NCBI RefSeq assembly: GCF_052425735.1
Contig: NC_135763.1
Coordinates: forward strand, 3,348,001 to 3,412,000
Source: Oculina patagonica
Lineage: Eukaryota
DNA length: 64,000 bases
Direction of reading: 5' to 3'
In this document: positions 38,667-52,200 of the stretch, in pieces
How positions within the stretch are numbered: position 1 is the first letter of the stretch
How the letters are laid out: the number at the start of each line of letters is the position of its first letter
The notes under the pieces: model-generated
Database searches by the model: none
What the model saw: the letters and a program-made list of their open reading frames with translations, nothing else
What the model was told of the DNA's origin: nothing
Position numbers and translations under genes: made by a program

Positions 38667-41600
38667 CTCTGATCTGAGTGCTAACTTGGCATGAGCGATA
38701 GCCAGGCTGGTTCTAAAAAATAAAGCACGCTTGTTGTACAAACAAAAGGTTACAACTGTTTTGTGATTCACGATCTGAAACGACATTACTGAGAAAACAA
38801 TAAAATAATAAATAATTACACTAGGCGTAATACAGGTCCAATTCAATGAGAGTTGTATTCTACTGTAGTTTACTTTAAAGATCTGAGGAAGCACAAGCGA
38901 GCAGATGCAAATAGACTTACAGAGTCTGTAGTGCAGAAGCTGCAAAGTCTGAGCCTCCTGTTGAATGAGAGTTTCTGGTTCGCCTGCTTGCTAGGTAATA
39001 ACCTTGAATAAGATCTTGTGCTGCCGCGGTCAGGCTAACATGTTGACGTCCAGCATAGTGAAGGAACTAAAAATGGATACACATTACTAATTCATGTTAC
39101 ATACTAACATTAATGAGCCTACGACGAGGAAGGGGGAGGGGCGTACAAAATCCAGTGGTAATGCACTGAATGTCTGGTGTCGTCTTTAAGAGTAAAGGGG
39201 AATTGGTAAAGAATGACGATTAGGGGTTCACAAATCATCACGTGTGTTTCATCAAACACAAGCTCCAATAAAATACCGTACAAGTAATTTTTCCCTCTAG
39301 GTAGAACCCTGTTGTTGTACTTGAATAAATATGAAGATCATACCAAAACCACGAGTTCTCGTCTAATTTTGTATAGTAAACTGACTATACCTGGCTCATT
39401 TCCTCATCACTGATGTATAACGATGTTTCGTCTTCTATGTACTCCATCGCTTTCCTTAACACCTCCTCACTCACGGACTCATCAGAGTTGTCGACATGTT
39501 CGACTGATCCACTCAAGTTAATCACTAGCGAAAACTGGCTACAGATATAAAATATCCAGACAACACGAGTTTTAAAAAGCATGGGAGTTGTTCTGCTGCT
39601 TACACGTAACATTTAAACTGGGGTACATCCACGTACTATCAGACAGCTATCTTTAGAAGATAAAACGTCACGTCAAAGACAAGGGAAGGCACTTACTCTA
39701 CAAAGGCTCTTGGCAAAGTGGAACAGTCCTACAAAGAAGCGCATGTTGGTAAAAAGAACTATCAAAAGCGACTGAACCGTTTATATGTTAAAGAATTGAA
39801 TAAGCACATTTGTAAGCACCTTTAGGGATAATAATATACCTTAATTGTGTGACCTGGGTTTAACACAGGATCAAACACTGCTTGGTGTCCAGTTTTCTGT
39901 GTTGGTTCAGAACACGCCCAAACACTGCAGCATAGTGGCACGGACAGCTGGTGACCTTGGCAGGCCCAATACTTCTCTGGTACCTTCACCGTTATGGAGC
40001 CATTCTCTAAGGCTTAGAAGGAGCAAATGCAAATACATTCACTGATGAGCCTTTATCGCGTCGCTTACTGATCTTAAAATAGGAAGGTTTGGTCTAAGCA
40101 TAAGTTTGCAGGTCACCATCCCTTAAGAGTGAGATATTATAGCAGTTTGTGTATTTGACCTCCATGTATGTCTTCGCAAGCAAGACTTGCCTTCTTCCAT
40201 GCAAATTGGTCTTTTGGGGGAATTAAGAAATGCGCATCAGACTTATGTAAAAGACTGGGTAAAGTACATAGGTAGTTAGCTAGAAACAGAACCCCTCAAG
40301 CAAGCCTGTTGTTGTTATATCGTGTTTAAATAAAGGATGTTGTTGTTGTTGTTGTTGTAATGATTCAAAATATTTACATTAAGTGATGAGAGGCAGTTCA
40401 GTATGAAGATTACTTTTTGACACGATACTTACCATGAATGCAACAGTAACAGTTAATATTTCAAGAAGGTAAATGAAGCTGAATGCAAGTAATCAATACC
40501 ATTTTGAAGTTTGTCCTTTTGATCCTTTTTTAGAGGAGCTGCATTTGGAATAACACAGATACCATCAGTTGCCAAAGAAACACATCCAGCTGCAACAATA
40601 ACATTAAAGCAAAAATACGACATCAGTGCGACTGTGAGGGTGGAACCTCAAACCTTTGAATCCAAATTCAATCTAACACACTTACTCTTTGGCAGTAACA
40701 CCTCCATACAAGATGTTTTACTAAGTTGAACAACAACAACACTATTTTACACAATCATGTTATATACAATACTACTACAACATCACTGTAACAGTGATGT
40801 TGTAGTAGTCTGTTTATATCAATAATCTCCTTGTAAGCGTCTAACTTAGATGACAAATACTTGGATCAAATAGCTCCTGAATATGGTTCAAACAACATGT
40901 GCAGTGGGGCCCCACCTTGTCACGACCCCGTTGATACAACCAGCCCGTTATTATGGCCTTTATTTTTGGTCCGAGTAAAAGTTCAGTCTATTTTTTTTTT
41001 TTTTTAATAATGCAACTTTATTTACACGTAACACTAATTACATAGGTACTACAGATTAAAGATAAATAGATATATTCTGAAAACCTCTGATATGACAACC
41101 TCATTGATGTGACCAACCGCCAGCTTTTGGGGTATCCAACCTTTATTTGTTTTTGTTTTGTTGTTTTTTTTTATAAATTTTTCCTATTAATACGACCACT
41201 TGAAAAAGAAAACTAATGACTAACCATTAACCATGCAAGTGTCAGAGCCAAAAGGATCGCGACAACAAGATGGAAACAAATCACTGATGGGCGAGTAAAC
41301 AAGCATTCTCTTTGCAAACGACGCTCCATACAACAAAAGCCGTTGAATCCTGAGAAGATCATCAGCAATAACAAGCAAGTGAAGGTTTTTGGAGTGAGCT
41401 TGTTTAGCATCCTCAGGGGAGTGAAGCAGCAGCAGGCACATCAGCATGAACATCTTCAGTTGAAAGAATGTACCAGGAGGTGTCACAGAGCCTGTACATA
41501 AACAACCATCAAACATGAGACACTTTTTACATTCTAAAAGCATAACAGAATGCGTTTAGAAATGGTTTTATGCTGATCTATTTGTATGTGATTTCCCTTA

Positions 41601-42341
41601 TCATTGCTTTATGAGTCATTTGTAAGTTTGACAAATCCATCAACTAGGACGGAATTGAAACAACAATACAAAGAAAAGTTTTTTTCCACAGTCAATTATG
41701 ATCTTCTGTTTTAACTTAAAATGTTTTAAAAAACCAAGTCTCATTCAGACCACCTACATGTAGAAACCTGAAATTGGGCATTTAGATCACAGCCTTAAAA
41801 ACAATCTTTCTTCTACCAAGCTTTTGTATGAGATCATCACAAGATAGTCTACCTCCAAAGCAGTAAGCTAGACTGGCAACAAAACTCCAAGGTGAGTCCT
41901 CTCTGTCTAAATAGTAAACAGTAAACAAAAATATATAATACGCTAAATGACTGGTCCCGAGGGAAACAGCTGTTTTTCCCCCATTTTCCAGTTTACATGA
42001 AAAATATGTTCTCACTTCGGTCCTCCCGTTACGATCTACGTGGCAATAACATTTTGTCCCTTTGTAAGCCTAGAACAACAAGCTTTGGCCTCAGTTCTTT
42101 TTCCTACTACTCAGCTACACAATGGAATACGTTACCTGACTGTCTAAGAACATGTGACTTTACAGAGTTTAAAAGGAACATTCAGGGAATGACTTTTGTT
42201 TAGTTACATTTACTATTTTTTTTTTCACATTTTGCATTTTACATTTTTTTATATTATTATTATTTATTTTTCTCGAAGATATTAGCTACAATATAAATAT
42301 TATATTTAAAGCTACTCTAAAATTCGAGATGAAATAAAGTC

Positions 42342-42372
<31 letters not shown>

Positions 42373-45300
42373 TTTCGTTTCCCGAGAATCTCAATGTTTC
42401 CCTCAGCTCCACCTCAGGAAACATTGAGATTCTCGGGAAACAAAATTAACTGGTTTCCCGAGGGACCAGTCATCAAGTTGGCACAAATTGAAGTTAGCAC
42501 AATGAAGACTAAGAAAAACGGTGAGCAGCAGTGCACTTTTACACTCTGATGTCATAGATTTTGCAGTGTTGCCCCTCAGAAACTTTTGGCGGGAAACAGT
42601 TTTATTGTTAGATATCATGTGACCTCAAAGTAGCAAACAACAGCGTACACTGTCACTGTTGGGGAAAATTTTCCAGCTATATAACAGCTAGCATCCTAAC
42701 CTGCAGCTACAACCCTTAAAAACATGTTATCACTTCTAACATTACCTTTATATAGCATCTCTATTCTCTCTGGCAAATTGGATGGCAGTAGACTGAGGAA
42801 TGGACTAGGATTAATCTATGAGGTAAAAAGAGAGTTTCACAACACCTTTAAAGCTAAATTAGGCAAGTATAATTAAAGCTCCACTATTTAATTTAGAAGT
42901 TATTGCATCAAGACAAAACTATCAATATTTAGTACTGAAATCTCATTTTATACCTGCCAACTTCTTCTCAGAAACCACCGCAGCCAACACAATAATAAAG
43001 TAATTATAATTATTAGTGCAAGGAAATATCCATTTATTTTTTCTTACCTTCTCTATGTTATTTGCCTGTGAAGACATACATAATTGAATTAGTTGCTTAA
43101 ATAAATTATCTCAAACAAGAGCTAAATGTCCACTGCAGGTGATTTTAGTGCTGGTTTACTACAGTACTGTTCAAAGAAGTACAAATATGGGTACTTGGTA
43201 AATAACACTTTTATTAAAACTAAAATCAATTCTATTGATGAACTACAGAAACAAAACCTTTATTAAAGTGTCTAGGGGGGGGGGGGGGGTGTTTATGAGA
43301 TGCTCTACAATGAGTTCCATAACCTTATCAAAGCTTGAGATATAGAAATAAGGGGTCACCAATTTTACATTCACCATTGAAATTTTATGGTACTGTATTC
43401 AACAAAACAAGATATTGAACCAGCGAATTAACATGAGCCGGATGCTAAATATATTTATATTACCATATTTACTATACAAGTAGATAATTAGGGAGGCAGT
43501 CCTCAACATCTTACCTCAAAGACTGGAGTACACTGAAAGTGCACAGAAGTTTCCTGAATTTCACAGGAAGGTAAAACAACAAATGAAAAGTAGCAGCCAA
43601 TCTGAACTTCCTTGATAAGTTCATCTTTCCCAGGAGATAATTAAAAAGAGCAAAGTTAGTACTTATCCTCATCGGGCCCATGAGGACTCTTGAGGCCGGG
43701 AGCAAAGTAAGTAGAGAATAGAAAAGAGAAAACAAAACACAACTGTCAGTTACACTGACAAAAAATGTAAATCAAAGAAAAAAGTCAATGCAGTAGTTAA
43801 TGAGACTTTTCAAAACAGTGCATTTTACAAAATAATGACAGAAAACATTTAAGTTCTCTTCACCTCGGACATAGATTGGGATAGCTTGGTAGAATTGTCC
43901 ATCATCTGAGTTGATCCACAGCTTCTTGTCTACTGTCGAGGGAGATATTACTTGAACAATGCACTTATCTGACAACAAAACAAAAACATTGTAGTGACTG
44001 TTTATTAAACACGATGTGACCACATTCTAAATTTAAAGATTATCTTGCTAGTCAACACCAGAAATTTACACTGAGACATGCAGTGGCGGTAGCAAGAAAA
44101 ATAATAGAACTTACACTCGTCTGGCAACAATTTTCTAAGCTAAGGTTTCTAATAACGGTTTAACTTGACAGTTACCTGCTAAAGTACGGCAAGTGACATC
44201 TTCAATAAGAGAGCATCCACAATATCTGCACACAAAATCACTTCTAACAAATGCAATAGTGAATAATAAAATGCATTAACATTGCCATTTATCCAGTCCA
44301 CTGGCTTTAGTCTTAAGAGTAAGAAAAAGACTCTCAAATCAAAAAACCCTGGCCTGTGGCTCTTTCTCTCCTTTTAATACAACCTTCAGGTTTAAGAGTT
44401 TGAATTTTAAGTTAACTGACTAAAATATTTTTCTTCACTGCTTACTTATAAAAAAGCTCTAGAAGAACTGTAAGTATACAAGTCAGGAACATAAATTGGA
44501 AGGTGTCTTATTTTCTCATTGTCTAGAATAAACTTGCTTGCATCAATCAGTGTTGATGCAAGAACTTAATGGAAAAGGTTTTTCTTTAGATCTCATATAT
44601 CCAACTTACCTTACAGTTACATTCTCAGTTTTTCCAGCCAAATGAACTCTGATATAACAATATTTAGAGGAACCAAAGCAGTCAGATAGAGGACAATAAA
44701 ATCTTGCACTCTGGCTAAAAAAACAAGACATAGATTCTGTCAAAACTACACTCATTTTTTTTTTCAATACTAGGATGTATTGTCAGTACAGGTTATCTGC
44801 TACATGATAATATCTGCTGTAAAGATAGCTTGTTATTAATGAATGACCTTGTGTATTGCTACTCCTCTTGGATGGCCAGGGCACTAACCATAGTCTATCT
44901 CAGTTTAATTACTCCTGGCTGGCATATTTGCCATAGCACATTTATACACCCATGTTTTGGAAGAGTGAGAGTTTGACATCTTCCCCAAAGGAAAATACAA
45001 GGGTAAATGAAAATATGGCAAGGGCTGAGCTCTTGTTCTTGAGCTACGAGTCTCCGAAGAAGACCACAGACTGTGCCTTACATAAGTAGACTTCTTATTT
45101 CTGAATGTCTGTTATTTTGGTATTCCTTCACTATCATAATGATCATGACTAAGAGAACAGTCCTGAATAAGGCCGGGACAACAGTACCTGTCCTCTTTAC
45201 ATTGTATATAAAGTAAGCTTGGACGTCAGCATACAAGTCTTCTATAACTTGCACTATTTACTCACGTGTACTGGGTGACAGCTGTGATTCCTGTTACAAT

Positions 45301-48300
45301 ACCAACAATCTTTACAAGATTAGGTTGACCATTTCCAGCAAGGTTCTTGCTGCTTACACACCTGCCACCCAAGATTAACAAAACTAGTTTAGTTGTCTTG
45401 GCATGGTAAGTAACTAGTTACCTCATTACCTAGATATCATATCGGCACTGTGCATGTTAAACAATATGGCCTCCATCTTGGATTACTGCATTTTATGGGT
45501 GAAACTTGTTTTTAGTAGGTCTTGTGGAGTAAAATGAAATATTAAATAGATTTAGCCAAGCCTGAAAGCGGAGCTCCCCGGTTATTTACTTCGCCCTTTT
45601 CGAAAATCCGAATTTACTGACTGAAAACAGGAAAAAATATAGCACTTGAGCCCGTGATCCAATGTAAACCATTACTTGGTCAGCGGTAAACTTCAAAAAA
45701 ACATTCGACCTCAATGAGTTCTAAATGTGAGCCCGCGATATGGTCATGTGGTACTGGTCAGTGGATACCTTGTTTTGACAGCTGTCAATTGACCATGAAA
45801 TGGATGTCCAATATCAAAGATGTAAGCTGACATCAACCATAACGGTAAACCTTAAACCTATTTCTGGAGTATGGCCTCCATGTTGGGGCGACGTCTTCGC
45901 ATGTGCCCACGAACCATACCGCTAGCCATGATGACCATGAAAAACCAAAAGCATAGGTCTGTTAATCTATGGGTATGGGGCTCTGCTCTGTGGCCCTTTG
46001 GGCTGCTGGGAGCTCTGCTAAAATGGAAGTACTTTCAGCTGTGTTATTAGCAGATTGTCATATTTTGTGGTAACCACACATAAAAACATGTATGGGGATA
46101 CCAAATACAGTTGTTGTTGCAAAAGACTGTATACAGCAGCCACTAAGCATGGACTAGAGGTTTACAAACATTCTAAATAAAGCATAAACCTACTCTTGAT
46201 GTGGTGAAACTGAAGAAAACCTGACAACAGCAAGCACTTGTGATGGGAACAACAAATCTGGTATCCAGGACAGGGTATGAATGATAACATAGCAGACCTG
46301 TGAATTTCATTTGGGGGAACAAAAATTAACAGTTATTTATTGTTCATTTCACAGGGTTCCCACAATGTATGGGTACATGTATAAAGCAGCTGACAGAAAA
46401 TTCAAATTGATTTCATGTTTTTGAACAATCCAAAAATTCTTCCAAATTTCACAGGTTAAATCAGGATTTTTGTTGGAATAACAGAAATGGAAAAAAGCAA
46501 AATGATATTTTTGGGCTGATGATTTTGCTGCTAATAACATTTTCATTGACAAAGTTAATGTTACTCTCAGGCTATCTTGGCATGCTCACACAATTTCTGG
46601 CTAGTAATCATTTTATACTAAAACATTTCCTGTGATTAAATGTGTTCACAGGAAAGAAGCACAGCCCAGCCAAACAAGAAACAAGAAATTACAAAAGTTC
46701 AAACTCTGAACATAATAATTTTATATTGTTGGTCTACAAAAATATACTCCTTCAATTACCTCTTGAAACACATTGATGGCATTCAAAGGCTCAGTTATTA
46801 CCAGATTTCCAAGTGCAGCTGCAAAAAAATGGTGCAGATGCAAACCATTCTTTATTTGGTTTAGCAGGAAATGGGAGAAGTGACCATACAGTCAAATAAT
46901 ACATCTTTTCAAACTTAGTGACTCTTAGAATAATTCTAAGAGTCTCATGACTAACAGGCATACCATTAAAATCTAGCAAATGCATCAGGTCCATTTCAAG
47001 AACAAATCTGTAAACAGTCTTTTCCTGAGTAAAAACAAGAAACGTGTAATGTCAGAATTTATTGTCTGAAAATTGCTATATATATATCTGTCTGGACTTG
47101 CAAGATAAGGTGCCCCAAGTAACTCAAGGGCTCTGCAAGTCCCTTGACCTCCCCCCACCCCCACTGAATAGAGACTAACACATCATGAGCCAATGTGAAA
47201 CCTGCCACTCCAGCAGGGTGCCTTTCCAACAGAGAACCCTCAAGCAATGGCCATCAGCTGGGCACACTGTCCAGACAGGCAGTCAAAAATAACACACTTG
47301 AATATGCACTCAAAACAACTCAAGACTTTAAGTCTATCAGTCAAAAGGAACACCCTGCTTTTGACAGCTAGTCACAAGCCAAGCACCAGCGAATAGCCCA
47401 GTCCCCCAGTGGGCCACGACACCAGACTAGCCATGACGTTGACCCACCTCAAGTTAAAGCTGCCAGCTCTAGAGGCTCAAATTTGGGCTTCACCTGAGTC
47501 CTGTCACTTATTTTTCCTTCTCTTTTTTTGCCTGCGCAACAACAAAACTACTGGCTATACAGGCTAACAATGACATAGTCTTGCATTTTTTTAAATTTGT
47601 TTGTGCTATTGCAGTGTTAATGCTCTGCAGCCCTAGTGTCCCCCTCCTATTTTCACATATGGATAAATGCTAGTTCTGCAAGGCTTTGCAAGATGTCCAA
47701 TAACTCCTTTTGAGCAGAGCCCAAGTCTAATAGACCTTGTCATGGTTTTCGATGCCATCTGTTGATAGTTGTGATGCATGCGAGAGAGTTTACCTCTCTG
47801 ATGATTAACATTTGTTTGAAATATGCTGTATTACATACATATTTTGTAGTGGTCTATAACATCTGGTCTGATGAGCATGCGTCTCGACAGTCAACAGAAG
47901 CAATTCACAGTCCAAGAGGCCTGGGAGCAAATGTCTTGTGATCAATGTTTCCTTTATAGCAAATATTTGACTCACTCCACTGTGGTTGCCTTGGTAGCTC
48001 AGTGGTTAGAGCACCATTCATGAGATCGGAGTGTCGTGGGTTTGAATCCCGCTCGGGGCATCTGGTTTTTTTCCCGGCATTTGTTCTGTTCAATATATAG
48101 ATAGGCATATCAGAGTTTACCTCTCTAATGATGAACATTTGTTCAAAATATGCTGTATTACGTACGCAAAAGTTTTTATTCACCAAGTTTGAAGCGTTCA
48201 GTTATGTTTTTAATTTTTCATACATTTTTCCTGCAAACCATGTCAAAAAAATACAATCCTTTCCTTAGTATCTTTACTTTATGATTCATAAGTTGTTCAG

Positions 48301-48833
48301 AATTTTTTTTTTAATATTTGCCATTGGATTCCCATACAAACACTGTAAATTCTGACAGCGTTGCCTGCATGTCGAAAACAGTGACAAGGTCTACATAATA
48401 TAGCGAACTACCGGTATGTCATATGTTAGGATTAAATCATAAGTAACAAGGACTTCCTAACCATATATTTGTCGAATAATTGCAGCTACGTACCGGTATG
48501 TCAAAATTCTAGATTTTGATTGGTTCTTTACATGCCTCACATCAGCACGAGAGGGTGTGGGTGTCCAATTACAACTTTTTTGTAATTAAATGACTCAATT
48601 TAGTAATTGGACCTCAATCACCCAATTACTCTCGTTTGTAGTCAACTTAAATGTACTCCAGTTGCTGTTACTGCCCAATATAAAACTGCAAACTTTGTAT
48701 ACATCAGTACATCACCTCGAACACTTACCGCAAAATCTGCTGTATAGCATTCACATTGCTTTTTGAGCTGGTCAAAAGCTCCACATTCACACAGCCATTC
48801 GAATGCTACTTCTGAGATACTCTTTGTCTCCAT
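38667..48833 (-). CDS. MCMDC2: MCM domain-containing protein 2, 18 exons traced, terminal exon(s) unresolved
   Basis: Exons 48833-48729, 47024-46890, 46297-46194, 45361-45266, 44714-44610, 44243-44176, 43968-43864, 43624-43515, 43065-43048, 42815-42746, 41906-41853, 41491-41225, 40589-40500, 40012-39840, 39728-39697, 39538-39391, 39066-38921, 38712-38667, all phase-compatible. Motifs YTQSARFYC, YIRVHLAGKTE, TPPGTFFQLK, GYYLASRRTR and AHAKLALR match MCMDC2 as recalled. Confidence 0.9.
41985..42370 (+). mobile_element. 5'-truncated CR1/L2-type LINE fragment inserted into a hairpin repeat (41935-42680)
   Basis: YDLRG...KPRTTSFGLSSFSY...WNTLP...FK, the typical LINE ORF2 C-terminus; (TATG)n tail at 42342-42370. 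Confidence 0.75.
47785..48165 (+). ncRNA. Retrozyme-like unit: two decayed type III hammerhead ribozymes 327 nt apart
   Basis: Direct repeats 47785-47837 and 48112-48165. Their consensus is GCATATC^AGAG-TTTAC-CTCT-CTGATGA-T-GAAC-ATTT-GTTC-GAAA-TATGC, with all three stems pairing. Confidence 0.75.
47988..48060 (+). pseudogene. tRNA-like cloverleaf (not a functional tRNA)
   Basis: Acceptor GCCTTGG/TCGGGGC, D arm GCTC/GAGC, T arm GTGGG-TTTGAAT-CCCGC; anticodon stem does not pair; T7 run at 48066-48072. Confidence 0.7.
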
Positions 48834-49284
48834 TCCAGTTTTCTAAAAACCTATAAAATACCTGAGAATAAACAAAGAAATAACAAAAACTACATGTTTA
48901 CCCATCGATTATTTACAGCAGTGGTACGCGTGGCATTTGGCAGCCGGCGTTAGACTTTCCCGCCTTTTCTTCGACCAACGCGCGTCGTCCGCGCGTCATG
49001 CACGGAGCGCAGTCGGAGCGTTCGAGGGTACAAAATATATGCGCGCCGTTTTCAGTCCTATAACTTCTACTCCTGCGACACCAAAATCGATGAAAAGCTT
49101 ACAGGTGAATAAATAGTCACAAAAAAAAACACTTCGCAGCACAGATGAACACGATTTTGTATATATTTGTTGAACAAAATGCGCTTCGAAATGCATGAAG
49201 ACCCTTACATTCCGTCCCAGTCTCCTAGCATGTTTATGAAATCCGCTGACCAACCCCCATGTCTCTTTCTTCTCGAAATCCAAT
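48834..49284. promoter_or_regulatory. Bidirectional promoter region MCMDC2/SEC63
   Basis: Divergent start codons about 450 bp apart; CpG-rich patch at about 48920-49050. Confidence 0.7.
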
Positions 49285-52200
49285 ATGGCCGGCGCACAGT
49301 TCGAGTACGATGAAAAAGGCACCACTTTCTATTATTTCCTTATATCTTTCTTTGGTATAGTACTTGTTCCCTTAACCTATTATGTCTGGAAGATCACAAA
49401 ATTACCAGGTAAGTCGAGGAGCTTTTATAGCTGGCACACGAGGCAACGGTAAACTTCCGGCGTTCTCACTCAGCTGTTTACCGTTGATTCGCCGGCCTTT
49501 TTGTGGCTTTTTGTCGATTTTTTAACGAAATTCTTTCAATATTCTTATTTCAGATGACCAGAAAAGAAGCATTAAAATCTGTAGATGTCCACCCTGCGTA
49601 GAAAAGCGAGAGCTGTTACGAAAAAAAGAGCCGAAAACAAAGAGCATCCGCTATGTTAGGTAATCTGCCACAGTCAATTGTCTCTTCTCGTTAGAATGAC
49701 GTGTATCTAGACCTAGAGTAAGACCCAGCTAAGATGAACTTTTTGTTGTTTTTGAAGAAATAATGGGGACTTATTTTTGTGTTTTTACAGTGAAAATGTG
49801 TCATTAATAATGTTTTGTTTTTGTTACACTATTTTTACCTTAAAAATTTAGACACCACAGAATTTATTAATTTGAGGAGATTCAGTTTGTACAACTCCAA
49901 GTTTTAAAATTCACATTTTGCGTAATATCTGGTAATATTGACTTCTTTAATATTTGAACTGCTAAGAGGCGAGTCTAATTTAAGTTACACTATGGCTTAA
50001 CTAGTAAGACGTTTTTACAGCAGTAGAAACTAATATTTACTTAACACAGCTATATATATGTGTTTTGTCTGTGAGTGTACTTGTAACTGTAAGCATTAAT
50101 ATAAAGTTCCTTTTAATGCTAGTGATTACTCACGCTACTGAAGCAAAATATTTGAAATACCATGGACATTGACAACTCTTATAAATGCAGTTTTGTGAGA
50201 TCAGCAATTTTTCGCTACTAGAATCTAAGAAATTTTCCATTTTTTTATTATTATTATTTTTTGTTTTTTGGGGGGTGGGGGATAATGTTTAAAAACTAAC
50301 CTTTATCACTTCATGATATTGCTCTAACGATATTTTTACCCCCTGTAAATATACTTACATGAGAGGAGAGTGATAACTTTTATTCTTATTATCAAATGCT
50401 TGCAGGTATACACAATACAAAAAAAAATGTTCAAACCATGGGTAAAATTGTGTAGCTTGTTCTCAGATTCAAAAATCAACAATTCAAAGCAGAAAAGTGT
50501 TCACATAAGTAAAATAAATTTTACTTTCGATTAAAATTTAATTACAGAGCATACCCATAAACTGTAAAGGAAATATTAAAGTTGGCTTGTGCCTGTTATT
50601 TTTAGTCTTTCAGTTTTGGCTGTTCTTTGGGTTTTGTTTTTCGTTGGAGCATATAAAATCGCTCAGTTTGAGAAAGACTTCACTGAGTATGATCCGTATG
50701 CTGTATTAGAGGTAGACAGGGTAAGTAACCACAGACGTTTTGAGTAAAATGTTTGCACTTGCAATAGTTAAAAACTGCCTACTCAACTGGATTATATCTC
50801 GACTTCCATGTTCCTACCCCATGGGTGGCATACTAGTTCTTCCCATTCCTATTTCTCCTATGTTTTTTTTGCATAATCTTAACAGCATCCATTTACAGTC
50901 AACTCTCTCTATAACGGACACCTTAGGGACCACAATTTGGTGTCTTCAATAGAGAAAGTCTGTAGAAGTGGGAGTTATTTTTAGTATTTCTTATTCACCG
51001 GGACTTTAATTAAGTCCTGTCCGTAATAATGAGGTGTCCGTAATAGACCTTATCGCAGTTTTCAACGCAATCTTGACGAGTAGGCAAAGCGGGTAGAAAT
51101 TACAGTGTTTGTATGGGAAACCGATGGCAAATATCTTTTACTGACAAAAATTGAATTCTGGACAGCTTATGAATTGTAAAGTTAAGATACTAGGCAAAAG
51201 TTTTTATTCACCGAGTTTGAAGGATGTATATACGTAGCTGGGCTAGAAAGCATTCAGTTACGTTTTTAATTTTTCCATACATTTGTCTGTAATTTTTTCC
51301 ACATGATTGTTGCTGTGGTGGTTTAATTTTGTTTTTGGTCTAAAATTTTTCAAACAAGTTTGGTTTTTATTTTTCATTGTCTCCTATTCATTATCATAAT
51401 CTGAAACAAAGGGAAATAAAAATCAAACTGGTTTGAAAAATTTTAAACCAAAGATAAAATTAAACCACAACATTGCCGTTTGTGGGAAAAAATTACAGAC
51501 AAATGTATAGGAAATTAAAAACGTAACTGAATGCTTTCTAGCCCAGCTACATCCAGCCAGTAGCTGGCTATTAAGCTACATCCCTGCATATGGTGGTCTA
51601 GAAACTAAAGACAATAAGGGATTTTGAATCTCAGGCTTCATGTAGCAGTAAGATTGATTAATTTAGAGGCTTTCTTCAGCTGTTTACATAAACTATATTA
51701 TGCTGAGAGAGTTTGAGGGAAACGTACATTCACACGTGTCCAAAATAAACTCCCAAAACAAATTACTTTGAGAGAAATTGTACCTGCCGGGTTAGCAAGG
51801 CTAAAATCAAAATATCCCAAAGAGAATAAAATGCTTCTTATCGTGTCATGCCAAACCTCTCAGTGTCATCAGTGGCTTCTGTTACATCTTTGATTGCATG
51901 GACTGCATACATGTATCTATTGCTGTGAAATACAACCTAGGTATTTATTGACTGAAGACTTAAAACTGAATCCTGTAGGGTGCAACTACAGCAGACATTA
52001 GACGACAGTATCGCAGACTAAGTATGAAGTACCATCCTGATAAGGACACAGGCGACCCACAAAAGTTCATGAGAATAGCAAAAGCTTATGAAGCGTAAGT
52101 TTTTTTTTAAATATGCCAACCCTTTTTATTTGATTTATTGCAGGATATTCAAAAATAACACATTGGTCAGTCTCACCTTTTTTCAAACCTTATTCTTTTT

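Larger units (their letters stand above)
47731..48393. mobile_element. MITE hosting the ribozyme-tRNA insert
   Basis: TAGACCTTGTCATGGTTTTCGA ... TCGAAAACAGTGACAAGGTCTA; a related copy without the insert starts at about 51043. Confidence 0.75.
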
